DNA of 47,574 bases from Myxococcales bacterium (GTDB lineage Bacteria > Myxococcota_A > UBA9042): positions 1 through 47,574 of the forward strand of contig JBBISH010000038.1 in NCBI GenBank assembly GCA_037441385.1, given 5' to 3'. Of this stretch, positions 10,684 through 19,712 are shown piece after piece. Position 1 is the stretch's first letter. The number at the start of each line of letters is the position of its first letter. The notes beneath the pieces are model-generated. The model was not told where the DNA came from, searched no databases, and saw only the letters and a list, made by a program, of their open reading frames with translations. Both the position numbers and the translations under genes were made by a program.

Positions 10684-12360
10684 CTACTTGGCATACAAAG
10701 CTTCGAAGTCTGCTTTGAATTCCTCGCAGACACGCTTGCGCTTGACCTTGAGCGTCGGAGTCAGCTGGCCGCCCTCGATGGTGAGCGGTGCGCTGAACCG
10801 GTGCCACTTCTTGATGGTCTCGTGCTTGGCCAGGCCCGCGTTGACCTTGTCCACCTTCTGCTGGATCCGCTCTAGGACAGCTTTGTATTTGTCGTCTGCC
10901 GACATACCTGCAAACAAGTGATCGGCTACCAGCGGATTCGCCCAGAAGCCAGCGACCAAGAAGGGCTTTGCGTCGCCGTAGACCACTGCATAGGCAATCA
11001 GGGGTTCGTCCAAGAAGGCCATCTCGATGTTGGCCGGCGGGATGTTTTTGCCGCCGCTGGTGACGAGGATGTCCTTCTTGCGGTCGATGATCTGCAGAAA
11101 GCCGTCTTCGGTCCAGCGGCCGACGTCGCCGGTCAGCAGCCAGCCGTCGCTGGTCAAAACGCCAGCGGTGGCCTGGGGATCCTTGTGGTAGCCGGCGAAT
11201 ACGCTCTCGCCGCGCGCCAGGATTTCGCCGTCGTCGGCCAGCTTGACCTCCACCGAGGGCAGCGGCTTGCCCACCGTGTCAAAGCGGAAGGCGTCGGGGC
11301 GGTTCAGCGTGATGGTCGGCGAGGCCTCGGTCAGGCCGTAACCCTCGATGATCAAAGTGCCCGCCGCCAAGAACGCCTCTTTGACCCAGCGCTGCAGACC
11401 GGCGCCGCCCGACAGGCAGAAGCGCATGCGACCGCCTGTAATCTCCAGCAGTTTCGCCTTGGGATCGGCGGCGCGGCTGGCGGTGGTAGCCAGCTTTTCC
11501 CACACCGACGGCACGCTCATGAATACGTGCGGCTTGACCTCGGGCAGCTTGGCCAATACCGACAGTGGATCGGTCAGGTACGTGACAAAGCCCAGCGTAT
11601 TGCCCAGGCAGGCCTCGCCGTAGCCAAAGATGTGGCTCATCGGCAGCCACAGCAGGTCGGTGTCGCCTTCTTCGACCAACGGGCCGTTGCAGATCAGCCA
11701 GTCGCGGCCGTTGACGCCGATGTTGCGATGGCTCAGCGGCACGCCCTTGGGGTTGCCCGACGTGCCACTGGTGTAGAGCATGATCGCGGTGTCGTCCAGC
11801 GACAGACCGTGGACAACTCGCTCTACCGCCTGGGGAAACTGGGCTTTGCGTGCCCGCCCGCGCTGGGCCAGATCCGTCCAGGTCAGCAGGGCCGAACCCA
11901 CCGGTGCCAGCGTCTCGCACAGGGCCGGCTCAAAAGCCACTACCTGCCGCACGCTGTCGCAAAGCTGCGGCCACGCCTGCGCCACCCGCTGCGCCAGCGC
12001 CGGGCTGTCCACGAACAGCACTCGCGCGTCGCTGTGGCCGGCCACATACGCCAGTTGATCCGCGGTGTTGCTGGCATAGACCGGCACCATCACACCGCCG
12101 GCCGCCTGGATCGCCAGCGCGGCTTCCATCCACTCCACGCGGTTGGGCGCAAAGATCGCAGCGCGTTCGCCCTTTTGCAGGCCCAGGTCCAGCAGGCCTT
12201 GCGCGGCCAGCTCGATGTGTTCGGCGTGATCGCGCCACAGCAGCGGCTGCCAACCCGACGCAGTGGGTAGGAAGTAGCGCGGCAGGTCACCGCGGACCTT
12301 GGCGGAGTCGAACAGCACCCGCGCAGCGGGCATTAGCTCCAAATATGGCGTGACGTCCAT
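10684..12360 (-). CDS. fadD: Long-chain fatty acid-CoA ligase (AMP-dependent synthetase)
   Basis: YTSGTSGNPKG, EGYGLTE, TGDVG, IIDRKKD and LTPTLKVKR motifs. Confidence 0.9.
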   Translation of the reverse strand: MDVTPYLELMPAARVLFDSAKVRGDLPRYFLPTASGWQPLLWRDHAEHIELAAQGLLDLGLQKGERAAIFAPNRVEWMEAALAIQAAGGVMVPVYASNTADQLAYVAGHSDARVLFVDSPALAQRVAQAWPQLCDSVRQVVAFEPALCETLAPVGSALLTWTDLAQRGRARKAQFPQAVERVVHGLSLDDTAIMLYTSGTSGNPKGVPLSHRNIGVNGRDWLICNGPLVEEGDTDLLWLPMSHIFGYGEACLGNTLGFVTYLTDPLSVLAKLPEVKPHVFMSVPSVWEKLATTASRAADPKAKLLEITGGRMRFCLSGGAGLQRWVKEAFLAAGTLIIEGYGLTEASPTITLNRPDAFRFDTVGKPLPSVEVKLADDGEILARGESVFAGYHKDPQATAGVLTSDGWLLTGDVGRWTEDGFLQIIDRKKDILVTSGGKNIPPANIEMAFLDEPLIAYAVVYGDAKPFLVAGFWANPLVADHLFAGMSADDKYKAVLERIQQKVDKVNAGLAKHETIKKWHRFSAPLTIEGGQLTPTLKVKRKRVCEEFKADFEALYAK

Positions 12361-12390
12361 GGCTTACCCTCAGTAGCGAACGGAATCGGA

Positions 12391-12759
12391 CTAGGCTTGG
12401 CCCGTTGGTGCGGTCTTGGTCTTGCTGGCGCGCGGCGCGTCAGCCACCGCCGGGGCCGCCTTCAGCGCGGCGATCTCGGCGCGAGCTTCGGCCAATTGCT
12501 CTTGAAGATCCAGCACGCTGCTCTGCAGCTGGTTCAGGGCGTACAGGGTGCGCTCTTGATCGCGGCGCGTCGGCAGGCCCACCTGACCCCAGGCGGTGGC
12601 CAGGCGCTTGTCGTGCTCGGTCTTCATCTTCATGGCCTGGCCCATCAGGGTACCGGCCGGGCCTAGCACCGCCGGGCTGCGCATCATGGTTTCGATGAGC
12701 TGCGCGGTGTGTTCTTCCCAGATATCAAAGCCTTTCTTCCAGCTATCCCACGTGAACAT
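12391..12759 (-). CDS. phaE: Short PhaE-like PHA synthase subunit or granule-associated protein
   Basis: GLPTRRD followed by a coiled coil, resembling the PhaE C-terminus; AGGAG RBS; first gene upstream of fadD-phaC. Confidence 0.6.
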   Translation of the reverse strand: MFTWDSWKKGFDIWEEHTAQLIETMMRSPAVLGPAGTLMGQAMKMKTEHDKRLATAWGQVGLPTRRDQERTLYALNQLQSSVLDLQEQLAEARAEIAALKAAPAVADAPRASKTKTAPTGQA

Positions 12760-12791
12760 GATGCACTCCTTTTTTGATATCTACTACCAAT

Positions 12792-12842
12792 TCCGTCCGA
12801 ATCGGATCGAAAACTCGGGCAATTCTTCGGGCCCGAACCGGG
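12792..12842 (+). repeat. Dispersed 51-bp intergenic repeat, copy 1
   Basis: 43/51 identical to 22144-22194 by manual alignment. Confidence 0.75.
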
Positions 12843-12938
12843 GTCCCAGCCTGATTCTCGCCAGTTGCAGAACGGGTCAGAGAAGCCGTACCGGCGCGAA
12901 TCAGGTGGGGTGCGTATACAGCGCCAGTTGGTGAAGCT

Positions 12939-13775
12939 CTAGAGAGCCAGCCGGCGCAATTCCTGGGCCTGGCCCTTGCCCAGCAGGTCGTTGCCCACGG
13001 CGCGCGCCACCTCGCCCAGGCACTCACAGAAGAACGAAACCTGTTGCTTGACCACAGCTTGCCCCACCACGGGGTTGGCCGTCACGGTCGTGACCACCCG
13101 CACGGCCTGGTCGACGCTCAGGTCTGGCAGGATCAGGCGACCCGACAGATCCGCCGTACTTTCGTAGGTATCCACCCCGGCGTAGCCCATGCCGTACAGC
13201 TTGCCGTTGCTGACTTTGCCTACCGCCTGCCAGGTCGCGCCCACCTGCAGCGGCAGCGGCACGGTCTTGACCGGCTGGTCGTAACGCAAAATCGTTTGAC
13301 CTTGCGTGGGGTTCTGCAGCCGCGATGCCAGCCCCAGCAGGTACAGGCCATCGCTCTCTTTGGCGTAGACGCCGTCCAAATAGCCGCCCACGTCAAAGGC
13401 GACCGCGAACTGAGCGCCAGGAAATTCCGCCGCGTACCACTTGCTGGCAATCGGCTCGGCCGTCACCGCCAGGGCCGTTTCACCCGCCGCCGTCCAGCCC
13501 CAGTCCCACACCCGCTGCCCGGCGCCGTTGACGCCGCCGTCCAGGTCAACCGGCCGGTTGAACACCAAGCGATTGCGGGCGGTTACGCCCAGCGCCACCG
13601 GCAGCTCGCTCGCCACCAGAGTGCCGTCCAGGTTGGGGATGCAGCCCAGGCCGGCGGGCGCCGCGTTGCTGGGCAGCCAGGGCTGCAGATCCGGGTGGGT
13701 CTGGTTGTCGACGCACCCGGTCAGCAGCAGCGCCACCAGACCCGTCATCGCGCGGACTTTCGTGTTGGTTTTCAT
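12939..13775 (-). CDS. Uncharacterised lipoprotein, paralog of 16349-17398
   Basis: Lipobox LLTGC; shares CxPNxDG, WYxxxFxGA, YDxP..PLQVGxTW, FxxECxGxVA and ExRRL with the paralog. Confidence 0.8.
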   Translation of the reverse strand: MKTNTKVRAMTGLVALLLTGCVDNQTHPDLQPWLPSNAAPAGLGCIPNLDGTLVASELPVALGVTARNRLVFNRPVDLDGGVNGAGQRVWDWGWTAAGETALAVTAEPIASKWYAAEFPGAQFAVAFDVGGYLDGVYAKESDGLYLLGLASRLQNPTQGQTILRYDQPVKTVPLPLQVGATWQAVGKVSNGKLYGMGYAGVDTYESTADLSGRLILPDLSVDQAVRVVTTVTANPVVGQAVVKQQVSFFCECLGEVARAVGNDLLGKGQAQELRRLAL

Positions 13776-13818
13776 CCGCTTTCTCTCCGTTCGCACCTGC
13801 AGCATTCCAGCTTGGGGA

Positions 13819-15426
13819 CTAGAACGCCCACCGCACGATGACGCGGCCCAGCTGAGCCGGCTTGGCCAGCAGCCCCGCCGCCGGGTTGTCCAGGCCACTT
13901 TGCGGCAGCAGCACCGCGTACTGCAGCGCCGCGGTCAGGCCGTCGCGGGTCTGGTATTCCAGGGTCGGATCGACCTCGAATCCCAGCGGCTGCCGGCCGC
14001 CCGGTGCCGAGGCCGCGTACACCGCAAACGACTGGATGGCCGCCAGATCCAAGGTCAAGCGCCCCGCGCCCACCTCGGCCCAGCGGTAGCGCAGGTGCGG
14101 CCGCAGGTACACCGCGTCGGCCACCGCGCCCCACAGCTCGCGAAACAGGATGCGATCCACGCGGAATTCCGGGCTCATGCGGAATTCGCTGAGCATGGTA
14201 TCGCGCGGCGGGTCGATCTGGGCGGCGCGGATCGTGCCCGGCTTGCCCACCGTGGCGGTCCCCGCCGCAAACGAACCCACGCCTGGGGCCGGATCGCCGC
14301 TGGCGGCGCCGGCGTCCAAGCCCGCAGCAAAGCCCATGCTTTCGCCAAATTCCGAGCGCAGCGCCGCGCCCAGCTGCCGCAGCTCGATCGGATCGCGCAG
14401 CTGCACGCCGGGGATGAGCGACGCCTGCTGGTAGGCCCCGGTCAGAGCGAAGGCCTCGGCTTCCACCGCGCCCCACTTGCCGCTGGCCTTGAGCCAAAGG
14501 TCGCCCGCGTACACGTTCAAGCCGCGCTGCACCCACTGGGCGCTGCCCAATTCCGCCGGCGGCGTCGCGGTGGCCCAACTGGCCGGCACGTCGCGGTCCT
14601 GCCAGCGGCGCGACACGAACACGCCGTACTCCAGCGTGGTTTTGTCAGCCTTCATGCGGCGTTTGCGCGCCTGCTCGGTGTGCCACTGCAGCACGGCCAG
14701 GGTCACCGAGCGCACGTCGTCGCTGGGGTCCAGGTCGATGCTGCGGCTGCCATTGGGGCGCTGGGCGGCCGGGCCGGTGGCGCTCCAGTCGTACGACACC
14801 GCGACGATGTGGCCGAACAGCGGAGAAACCAAGGCGATCCGGTCGGCCGCGTCGCCGCGGTCGCTGTCCAGGTCGCCGGCGCCGTGGCTGACCATGCCCA
14901 TGCCCCAGTGGGCGCTCATCCGGCCGACCGCCAGGGCGCCAAAGGGCAGAGCGGCCATTGCGTAGGCGTGACGCAAAACCGCAGCGGTAGAGGCCGGTTT
15001 CTGGCCCGTGGCCGCGGTCGGCGGGCCATCCGGCGCGCTGCCCAGGCCCAGCCCGTCCAGCCAGTCCAGCCGCAGGTGCACCGAGCCGCCGCCCCGCGGG
15101 GTCCGCGCCGTCAAGTCCGTGCGCAGCCGCACATCGGCGTGGGTCAGCAGCTGCGAACTGGGCGACGACGGCGGCACCGGATACAGCGGCTGGCCCGTGG
15201 GATCCAGGCCGCGATCCAGATCGGCGTTGTACAAGGCCTCGCCGCGGCTGCGGAAATAGCCGCTGACTGACCACCACGGCTGCGGCCGCCCGTCGATGTC
15301 TTGCGAGAGATCGGTGTAGCTCGGCTCGTCGGCGCCCGCCGCAGCGGCGATGGCCAGCCCAGTCGCCACGAGCGCGGCCGTTGTGCAGGTGCGAAGGCGG
15401 CCTTTTGTGCGGTGCACCATGCTCAT
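13819..15426 (-). CDS. TIGR04551-like outer-membrane beta-barrel protein
   Basis: Signal peptide; SGYFRxR, GRMxxHWGMGM and FRVDRILFRELWGAVADAVYLRP segments; C-terminal aromatic RWAF; ATGA coupling to the hydrolase gene. Confidence 0.75.
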   Translation of the reverse strand: MSMVHRTKGRLRTCTTAALVATGLAIAAAAGADEPSYTDLSQDIDGRPQPWWSVSGYFRSRGEALYNADLDRGLDPTGQPLYPVPPSSPSSQLLTHADVRLRTDLTARTPRGGGSVHLRLDWLDGLGLGSAPDGPPTAATGQKPASTAAVLRHAYAMAALPFGALAVGRMSAHWGMGMVSHGAGDLDSDRGDAADRIALVSPLFGHIVAVSYDWSATGPAAQRPNGSRSIDLDPSDDVRSVTLAVLQWHTEQARKRRMKADKTTLEYGVFVSRRWQDRDVPASWATATPPAELGSAQWVQRGLNVYAGDLWLKASGKWGAVEAEAFALTGAYQQASLIPGVQLRDPIELRQLGAALRSEFGESMGFAAGLDAGAASGDPAPGVGSFAAGTATVGKPGTIRAAQIDPPRDTMLSEFRMSPEFRVDRILFRELWGAVADAVYLRPHLRYRWAEVGAGRLTLDLAAIQSFAVYAASAPGGRQPLGFEVDPTLEYQTRDGLTAALQYAVLLPQSGLDNPAAGLLAKPAQLGRVIVRWAF

Positions 15427-16352
15427 GGCCGCACCTCGCCAGCCGGTTGGCCCAGGAACTGCAGCAGATCGCGGTTCGACTCGGCCCGCGCCTCCAGCAT
15501 CGGGAAGTGCCCACAGCGCGGGTAGACCTTCAACTGCGCGTTGGGCAAGAGGTTCTGCAGACGCTCGCCGAATTCCAGCCAGGTCACTGCATCGTCGCGG
15601 CCCCAGAGCAACAAAGTCGGATTCTTGACCTGCGGCCAGTGCTGCTCCAACTCGGCAAAGTTCTGCCCGCGCACCGCAGCCAACGCCGCCGCGGTGGTCC
15701 CCGGACGGTCCAGCGCGTGCTCGATCTCTTCGACAAAGGCTTCCGAAACGAAATCAGGGTTGTAGAAGGCGGCGCTGATGCGATCGCCAGGCCGCTGCTT
15801 GTAGTACAGCGCGAAGATCGCCTCGCCCACGCCGCTGACCTTGGCCCAGCGGAAGAAGCTGGGCAGCTGATCCTCGAATACCCAGGCGTCGTACAGGGCG
15901 ATTTTCTGAACCCGCTCGGGGGCTTGCAGTGCCAACGCCAGCGCGACCGACGAGCCCCACGAGTGGGCGATCAGGTCGAAATCCTTCACGCCCAGTTGGT
16001 CCAGCACGCCGCGCACCAGGGCCGCCTGGGCCATCGGCGAGTAGTCGCCCTCGGGCCGATCCGTCCAGCCAAAACCCTTGAGATCCAGCGAGATGACCCG
16101 GTGGTGGCGCTCCAGCTCCGGCGTCACCGTCGCCCAGGTCTCCAGCGCCGAGGCAAAACCGTGCAGCAGCAGCACCGCCGGGCCCTTGCCCACGTCGCGC
16201 ACGCGCACCCGCACGCCGTTTTCTGTGACGTAACGCATACCTGAGGCATCGCCGGGGGCCAGCTTGGGCTCCCCCAGCATCGGTCCCTGGTGGAAGGCCA
16301 GGCAGCCGCTCGCGCTCACCGCGAGGATCAGGGCCAGCAGCGCGCGGATCAC
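15423..16352 (-). CDS. Lipoprotein alpha/beta hydrolase (esterase/lipase-like)
   Basis: Lipobox ASGC; HGF oxyanion motif; AHSWG nucleophile elbow; WGRDD; CGHFPMLE; GTGA overlap at 16349-16352. Confidence 0.88.
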   Translation of the reverse strand: MIRALLALILAVSASGCLAFHQGPMLGEPKLAPGDASGMRYVTENGVRVRVRDVGKGPAVLLLHGFASALETWATVTPELERHHRVISLDLKGFGWTDRPEGDYSPMAQAALVRGVLDQLGVKDFDLIAHSWGSSVALALALQAPERVQKIALYDAWVFEDQLPSFFRWAKVSGVGEAIFALYYKQRPGDRISAAFYNPDFVSEAFVEEIEHALDRPGTTAAALAAVRGQNFAELEQHWPQVKNPTLLLWGRDDAVTWLEFGERLQNLLPNAQLKVYPRCGHFPMLEARAESNRDLLQFLGQPAGEVRP

Positions 16353-17398
16353 GGCGACAACCTGCGGATTTCGGCGGCGTCGCTGAAGTCGGCGGCGCTT
16401 TCGTTCATCTCGGAGTCCACCTTGGCCACCGCACCGTAGCATTCCGCCACAAAGGCTTGGGTGCGGTAAACGGTGGTAAGCAATCCAATGAGTTTGCTGG
16501 TCTTGCCGCGCACCTGCAGCACCGGGAAAGCGCCCAGCGGCGTCTTGACCGCGCCGGCCTGCACCACCTCCATCTCCAGCTTCTCGCTCCAGGCCGAGAT
16601 CACGCCCTGGTACAAGCCCGAAGCGGTGGCGTCGCTGGTCCAAGTCTGACCCACTTGCAGCGGGAATTGCAGCGTGGGAATCGGCGGATCGTAGGTGATG
16701 CGGGTGGCGAACAGGCCGTCTTCGGGGCTGACCGCGCCCATCAGCAACAGCTCGCTGTCGGTGAGCTTGAACACGCCGATGAGACCCGAGGTCTCGCCGA
16801 GCTCAATGGCGTAGGTTGCGCCGGCAAAGTACTTGCCGTACCAAGCCTTGGCCGGATCCTGCGTGACCAGTTCGCTGGCATGGTCGCCGTCGTACTTGCC
16901 GCTGAAGTCCCACACCGGCAGGCCGTCGGCGCCCTTGCTGGGGGCAAGACTGACCGTGGTCTTGAGCCCGACCGCGTACTTGGCGTGCAAGCCGATGGCG
17001 ACGTTCGACTCGCTGCGGCTGACGACGCCGTCGTGGTTGGGCACGCAGCCCGCACTGGCGGTGTCCGCGTCGCCTTTGGTCACGTCGGGCTTGCTGGTGT
17101 CGGCGCCGCTGCCGTCCTGGCCGCTGTCCGAAGTGCTGTTGCCGTCTTGGGTTTGTCCGCCCGTGCTCTGCCCGTCGCTGCCCAGCACATCGCCGCCGCT
17201 GCTGATGGCGAAGCGGGTGCTGGCATCGCCGCCGTTGGCGTCGGCGGCTACCGGCGCGCAGGTGCCGTCGCTGCGGCACAAACCGCTGGCGCAGTCGGCA
17301 CCGGCGTGGCAGGCGGCCTGACTGTCGCTGCCACAGGCGGGCGTACCCAGGCAAAGAGCCAACAAAATCATTGCAGTGTGGGCAGCGCGGCGCGGCAT
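16349..17398 (-). CDS. Uncharacterised lipoprotein with Cys-rich N-terminus and D/G/S-rich linker, paralog of 12939-13775
   Basis: Signal ending TPAC; CxxxxDCxSGxCxxxGxC module; C-terminal domain aligns by eye with the paralog; GAGG RBS. Confidence 0.75.
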   Translation of the reverse strand: MPRRAAHTAMILLALCLGTPACGSDSQAACHAGADCASGLCRSDGTCAPVAADANGGDASTRFAISSGGDVLGSDGQSTGGQTQDGNSTSDSGQDGSGADTSKPDVTKGDADTASAGCVPNHDGVVSRSESNVAIGLHAKYAVGLKTTVSLAPSKGADGLPVWDFSGKYDGDHASELVTQDPAKAWYGKYFAGATYAIELGETSGLIGVFKLTDSELLLMGAVSPEDGLFATRITYDPPIPTLQFPLQVGQTWTSDATASGLYQGVISAWSEKLEMEVVQAGAVKTPLGAFPVLQVRGKTSKLIGLLTTVYRTQAFVAECYGAVAKVDSEMNESAADFSDAAEIRRLSP

Positions 17399-17627
17399 CC
17401 GGGGCCTCGGGGTGGCGGCCTGAGGGGCCGACGCGGAAATGATTACGCGGGTGCACAAAACTGTCAACCCGGAAATGCAATAGCTTTGTCGAGATTGCCT
17501 GGCAAGGGTCCGCGGACCTCTTCACCGCAGGCGCAAAATGAATTATCGTGGGCGGGCGCCGCCGGATCCGCTCGGGCCCCACCTGGGACAACTGCCGCTG
17601 CTGTGCCGCTGCTGCGCAAGGATCGCC

Positions 17628-18320
17628 ATGTTGCTCAAGAAATACGCCAATCGCCGTCTCTACGACACGGCTGCCAGCCGCTACGTGACGTTGGACGAGG
17701 TCGCCGAACGCATTCGCGGCGGCGAGGAAGTCATCGTCATCGACGCCGCGGACGGCAGCGATCTGACCCAGGCCACCCTGACCCAGCTGATCCTGGAAAG
17801 TCGTGGAGCCGCCAAGCTTTTGCCCGTGCCGTTGCTGCATCAGCTGGTCCGGTTGGGCGACGACGCTCTGGCCGAGTTCTTCAATCGCTGGATCAGCTGG
17901 GCGCTGGAATTCTACGTGGCGGGCCGCCAGAGCGCGGGGTGGTTCAACCAGTGGAACCCCATGCAGAACCTGCCGTTCTTCCAGGGTGGCGGCGTTCCCT
18001 GGGGTTGGCTGGCAGGGCGCGATCCGCGTTCGGGGCCGCCCTCCGCGGTGCCACCGAGCCAGGCCGTGGGTCCGGGGCCGGGCATGGGGCAGGCGGGCGG
18101 GCCCGGTGTGCCTCCTGGGATGGTGCCCAATAGCCCGATGGGGCCGCTGGGGCCTATGGGGCCGATGGGACCGGGGATGCCGCCGCCGCCGATGGGGCCG
18201 ATGCCCGTCGCCAACGACGAGGACGTGGCCCGTTTGCGCCGCGAATTGGAAGAGTTGCGTGCCGGCATCAAGGGGCGCAAGCGCGGGCCGCGCAAGAAAA
18301 CGCCGCCCGCGGCCGAGTAG
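17628..18320 (+). CDS. phaR: PHA synthesis regulator PhaR-like protein with Pro/Gly/Met-rich insert
   Basis: LKKYANRRLYDTAASRYVTLDEV is the PHB-accumulation regulator N-terminal motif; C-terminal coiled coil LRRELEEL. Confidence 0.88.
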   Translation: MLLKKYANRRLYDTAASRYVTLDEVAERIRGGEEVIVIDAADGSDLTQATLTQLILESRGAAKLLPVPLLHQLVRLGDDALAEFFNRWISWALEFYVAGRQSAGWFNQWNPMQNLPFFQGGGVPWGWLAGRDPRSGPPSAVPPSQAVGPGPGMGQAGGPGVPPGMVPNSPMGPLGPMGPMGPGMPPPPMGPMPVANDEDVARLRRELEELRAGIKGRKRGPRKKTPPAAE

Positions 18321-18479
18321 GGGCACGGGCCTGCGACGAATCCGCGACAGTTCTTGTTGCGGGTGCGAAAAGAACCCTTGAAAGCGCCGCAACCGGTGCT
18401 AGACTCCGCCCTGCAGGCATGGTCCTGCAAGCAATGTGCGGCTGCGAAATCCTGACCGCCGCCTGCCCAAGGAGTCCCG

Positions 18480-19550
18480 ATGCAAGCTGCCCCCTCGGCC
18501 GATGTGGCCGCCGCCCTGTCTGCCACCCATCCGCTGTTCACCGCCATGCCCACCATTGTTCAGTCGTTCCAGACGGTCGGCGGCAAGATGATGCCCACGC
18601 CGCGGACCACCGTGTTCCGCGATGGGACCGCCACGCTGATGCGCTTTGAGAACGAGGCGGGCGAACATGGAAAGGGTGCGGCAGTGCTGCTGGTCCCTTC
18701 GATGATCAACAAGTGGTACGTGATGGATCTGCGCCCTGGTGCCAGCATGATCGATGCGCTGGTCAAGCAGGGGCTCGACGTGTTCTGCGTCGATTGGGGT
18801 GAGCCCCAGGCCGAGGACCGCTACCTGAGCTGGGACGACGTGCAAGAACGCTTGGCGCGGATGATGCGCGCGACCCGCCGGATTGCCGGGCGATCGCAAA
18901 TCGGTGTGCTGGGTTACTGCATGGGCGCCACCCTGTGCGCGGTGGCGGTGGCGCGCAACCAGCAGGGTGTGTCGGCGCTGATTAACCTGGCAGGTCCCAT
19001 CGACTTTTCGCATTCGGGCGTGCTGGGCGAGATGACCGATGCGCGCTGGTTCGACGGCGACACCATCGCCGCGGCGGGCAACATCACCCCCAGCCAGATG
19101 CAGAGCGGCTTTACGGCGATGCGGCCCACGCTGCAGATTGGCAAGTGGATTGGCCTCGTCGACCGGGCCGAGGACGTGCTGGCCGTCGACGCCTTTGCCG
19201 CCATGGAGACCTGGGCCAACGACAATGTGCCGTTCCCCGCCGCCGCCTATGCCACCTACATTCGCGAGCTCTATCAGGGCAACCTGCTGGTGGCCGGCCA
19301 GCACGTCGCCTGTGGCAAGCGGGTCAAGCTGGCCGACATTACCTGCCCCGTCATGGTGATTTGCGCCTCCAAGGACACCATCTGCCCGCCGCCGGCCGCG
19401 ACCGCGCTGGCCGAGCGCTGTGGCAGCGAAGTGAAGAAAGTCGTGACGGTTCCAGGCGGTCACGTGGGCGCCGTGATCGGCAGCCGAGCTTCGCGCGACT
19501 TGTATCCGGCCATCGGCCAGTTCTTTGCCGAGCATGTGCCTATGGCGTAG
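18480..19550 (+). CDS. phaC: Class III PHA synthase subunit PhaC (copy 2)
   Basis: VLLVPSMINKWYVMDL, DWG, GYCMGA, METWAND, KDTICP and GGHVG; AAGGAG RBS. Confidence 0.88.
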   Translation: MQAAPSADVAAALSATHPLFTAMPTIVQSFQTVGGKMMPTPRTTVFRDGTATLMRFENEAGEHGKGAAVLLVPSMINKWYVMDLRPGASMIDALVKQGLDVFCVDWGEPQAEDRYLSWDDVQERLARMMRATRRIAGRSQIGVLGYCMGATLCAVAVARNQQGVSALINLAGPIDFSHSGVLGEMTDARWFDGDTIAAAGNITPSQMQSGFTAMRPTLQIGKWIGLVDRAEDVLAVDAFAAMETWANDNVPFPAAAYATYIRELYQGNLLVAGQHVACGKRVKLADITCPVMVICASKDTICPPPAATALAERCGSEVKKVVTVPGGHVGAVIGSRASRDLYPAIGQFFAEHVPMA

Positions 19551-19712
19551 ACAGAGACCGAAGACGCTGTGACAAATGTGTGACCAAGCCGAATTCGCTT
19601 GGCTTGCAGATGCAGTAATTTCAACCCCGGCTTGGCGCATTGGCCACCGCGCCGTGCCTGGGGGTTCTGCCATGAATCCAGACAGATCCACGGTCCGCCG
19701 CCGGGCCGCGCC

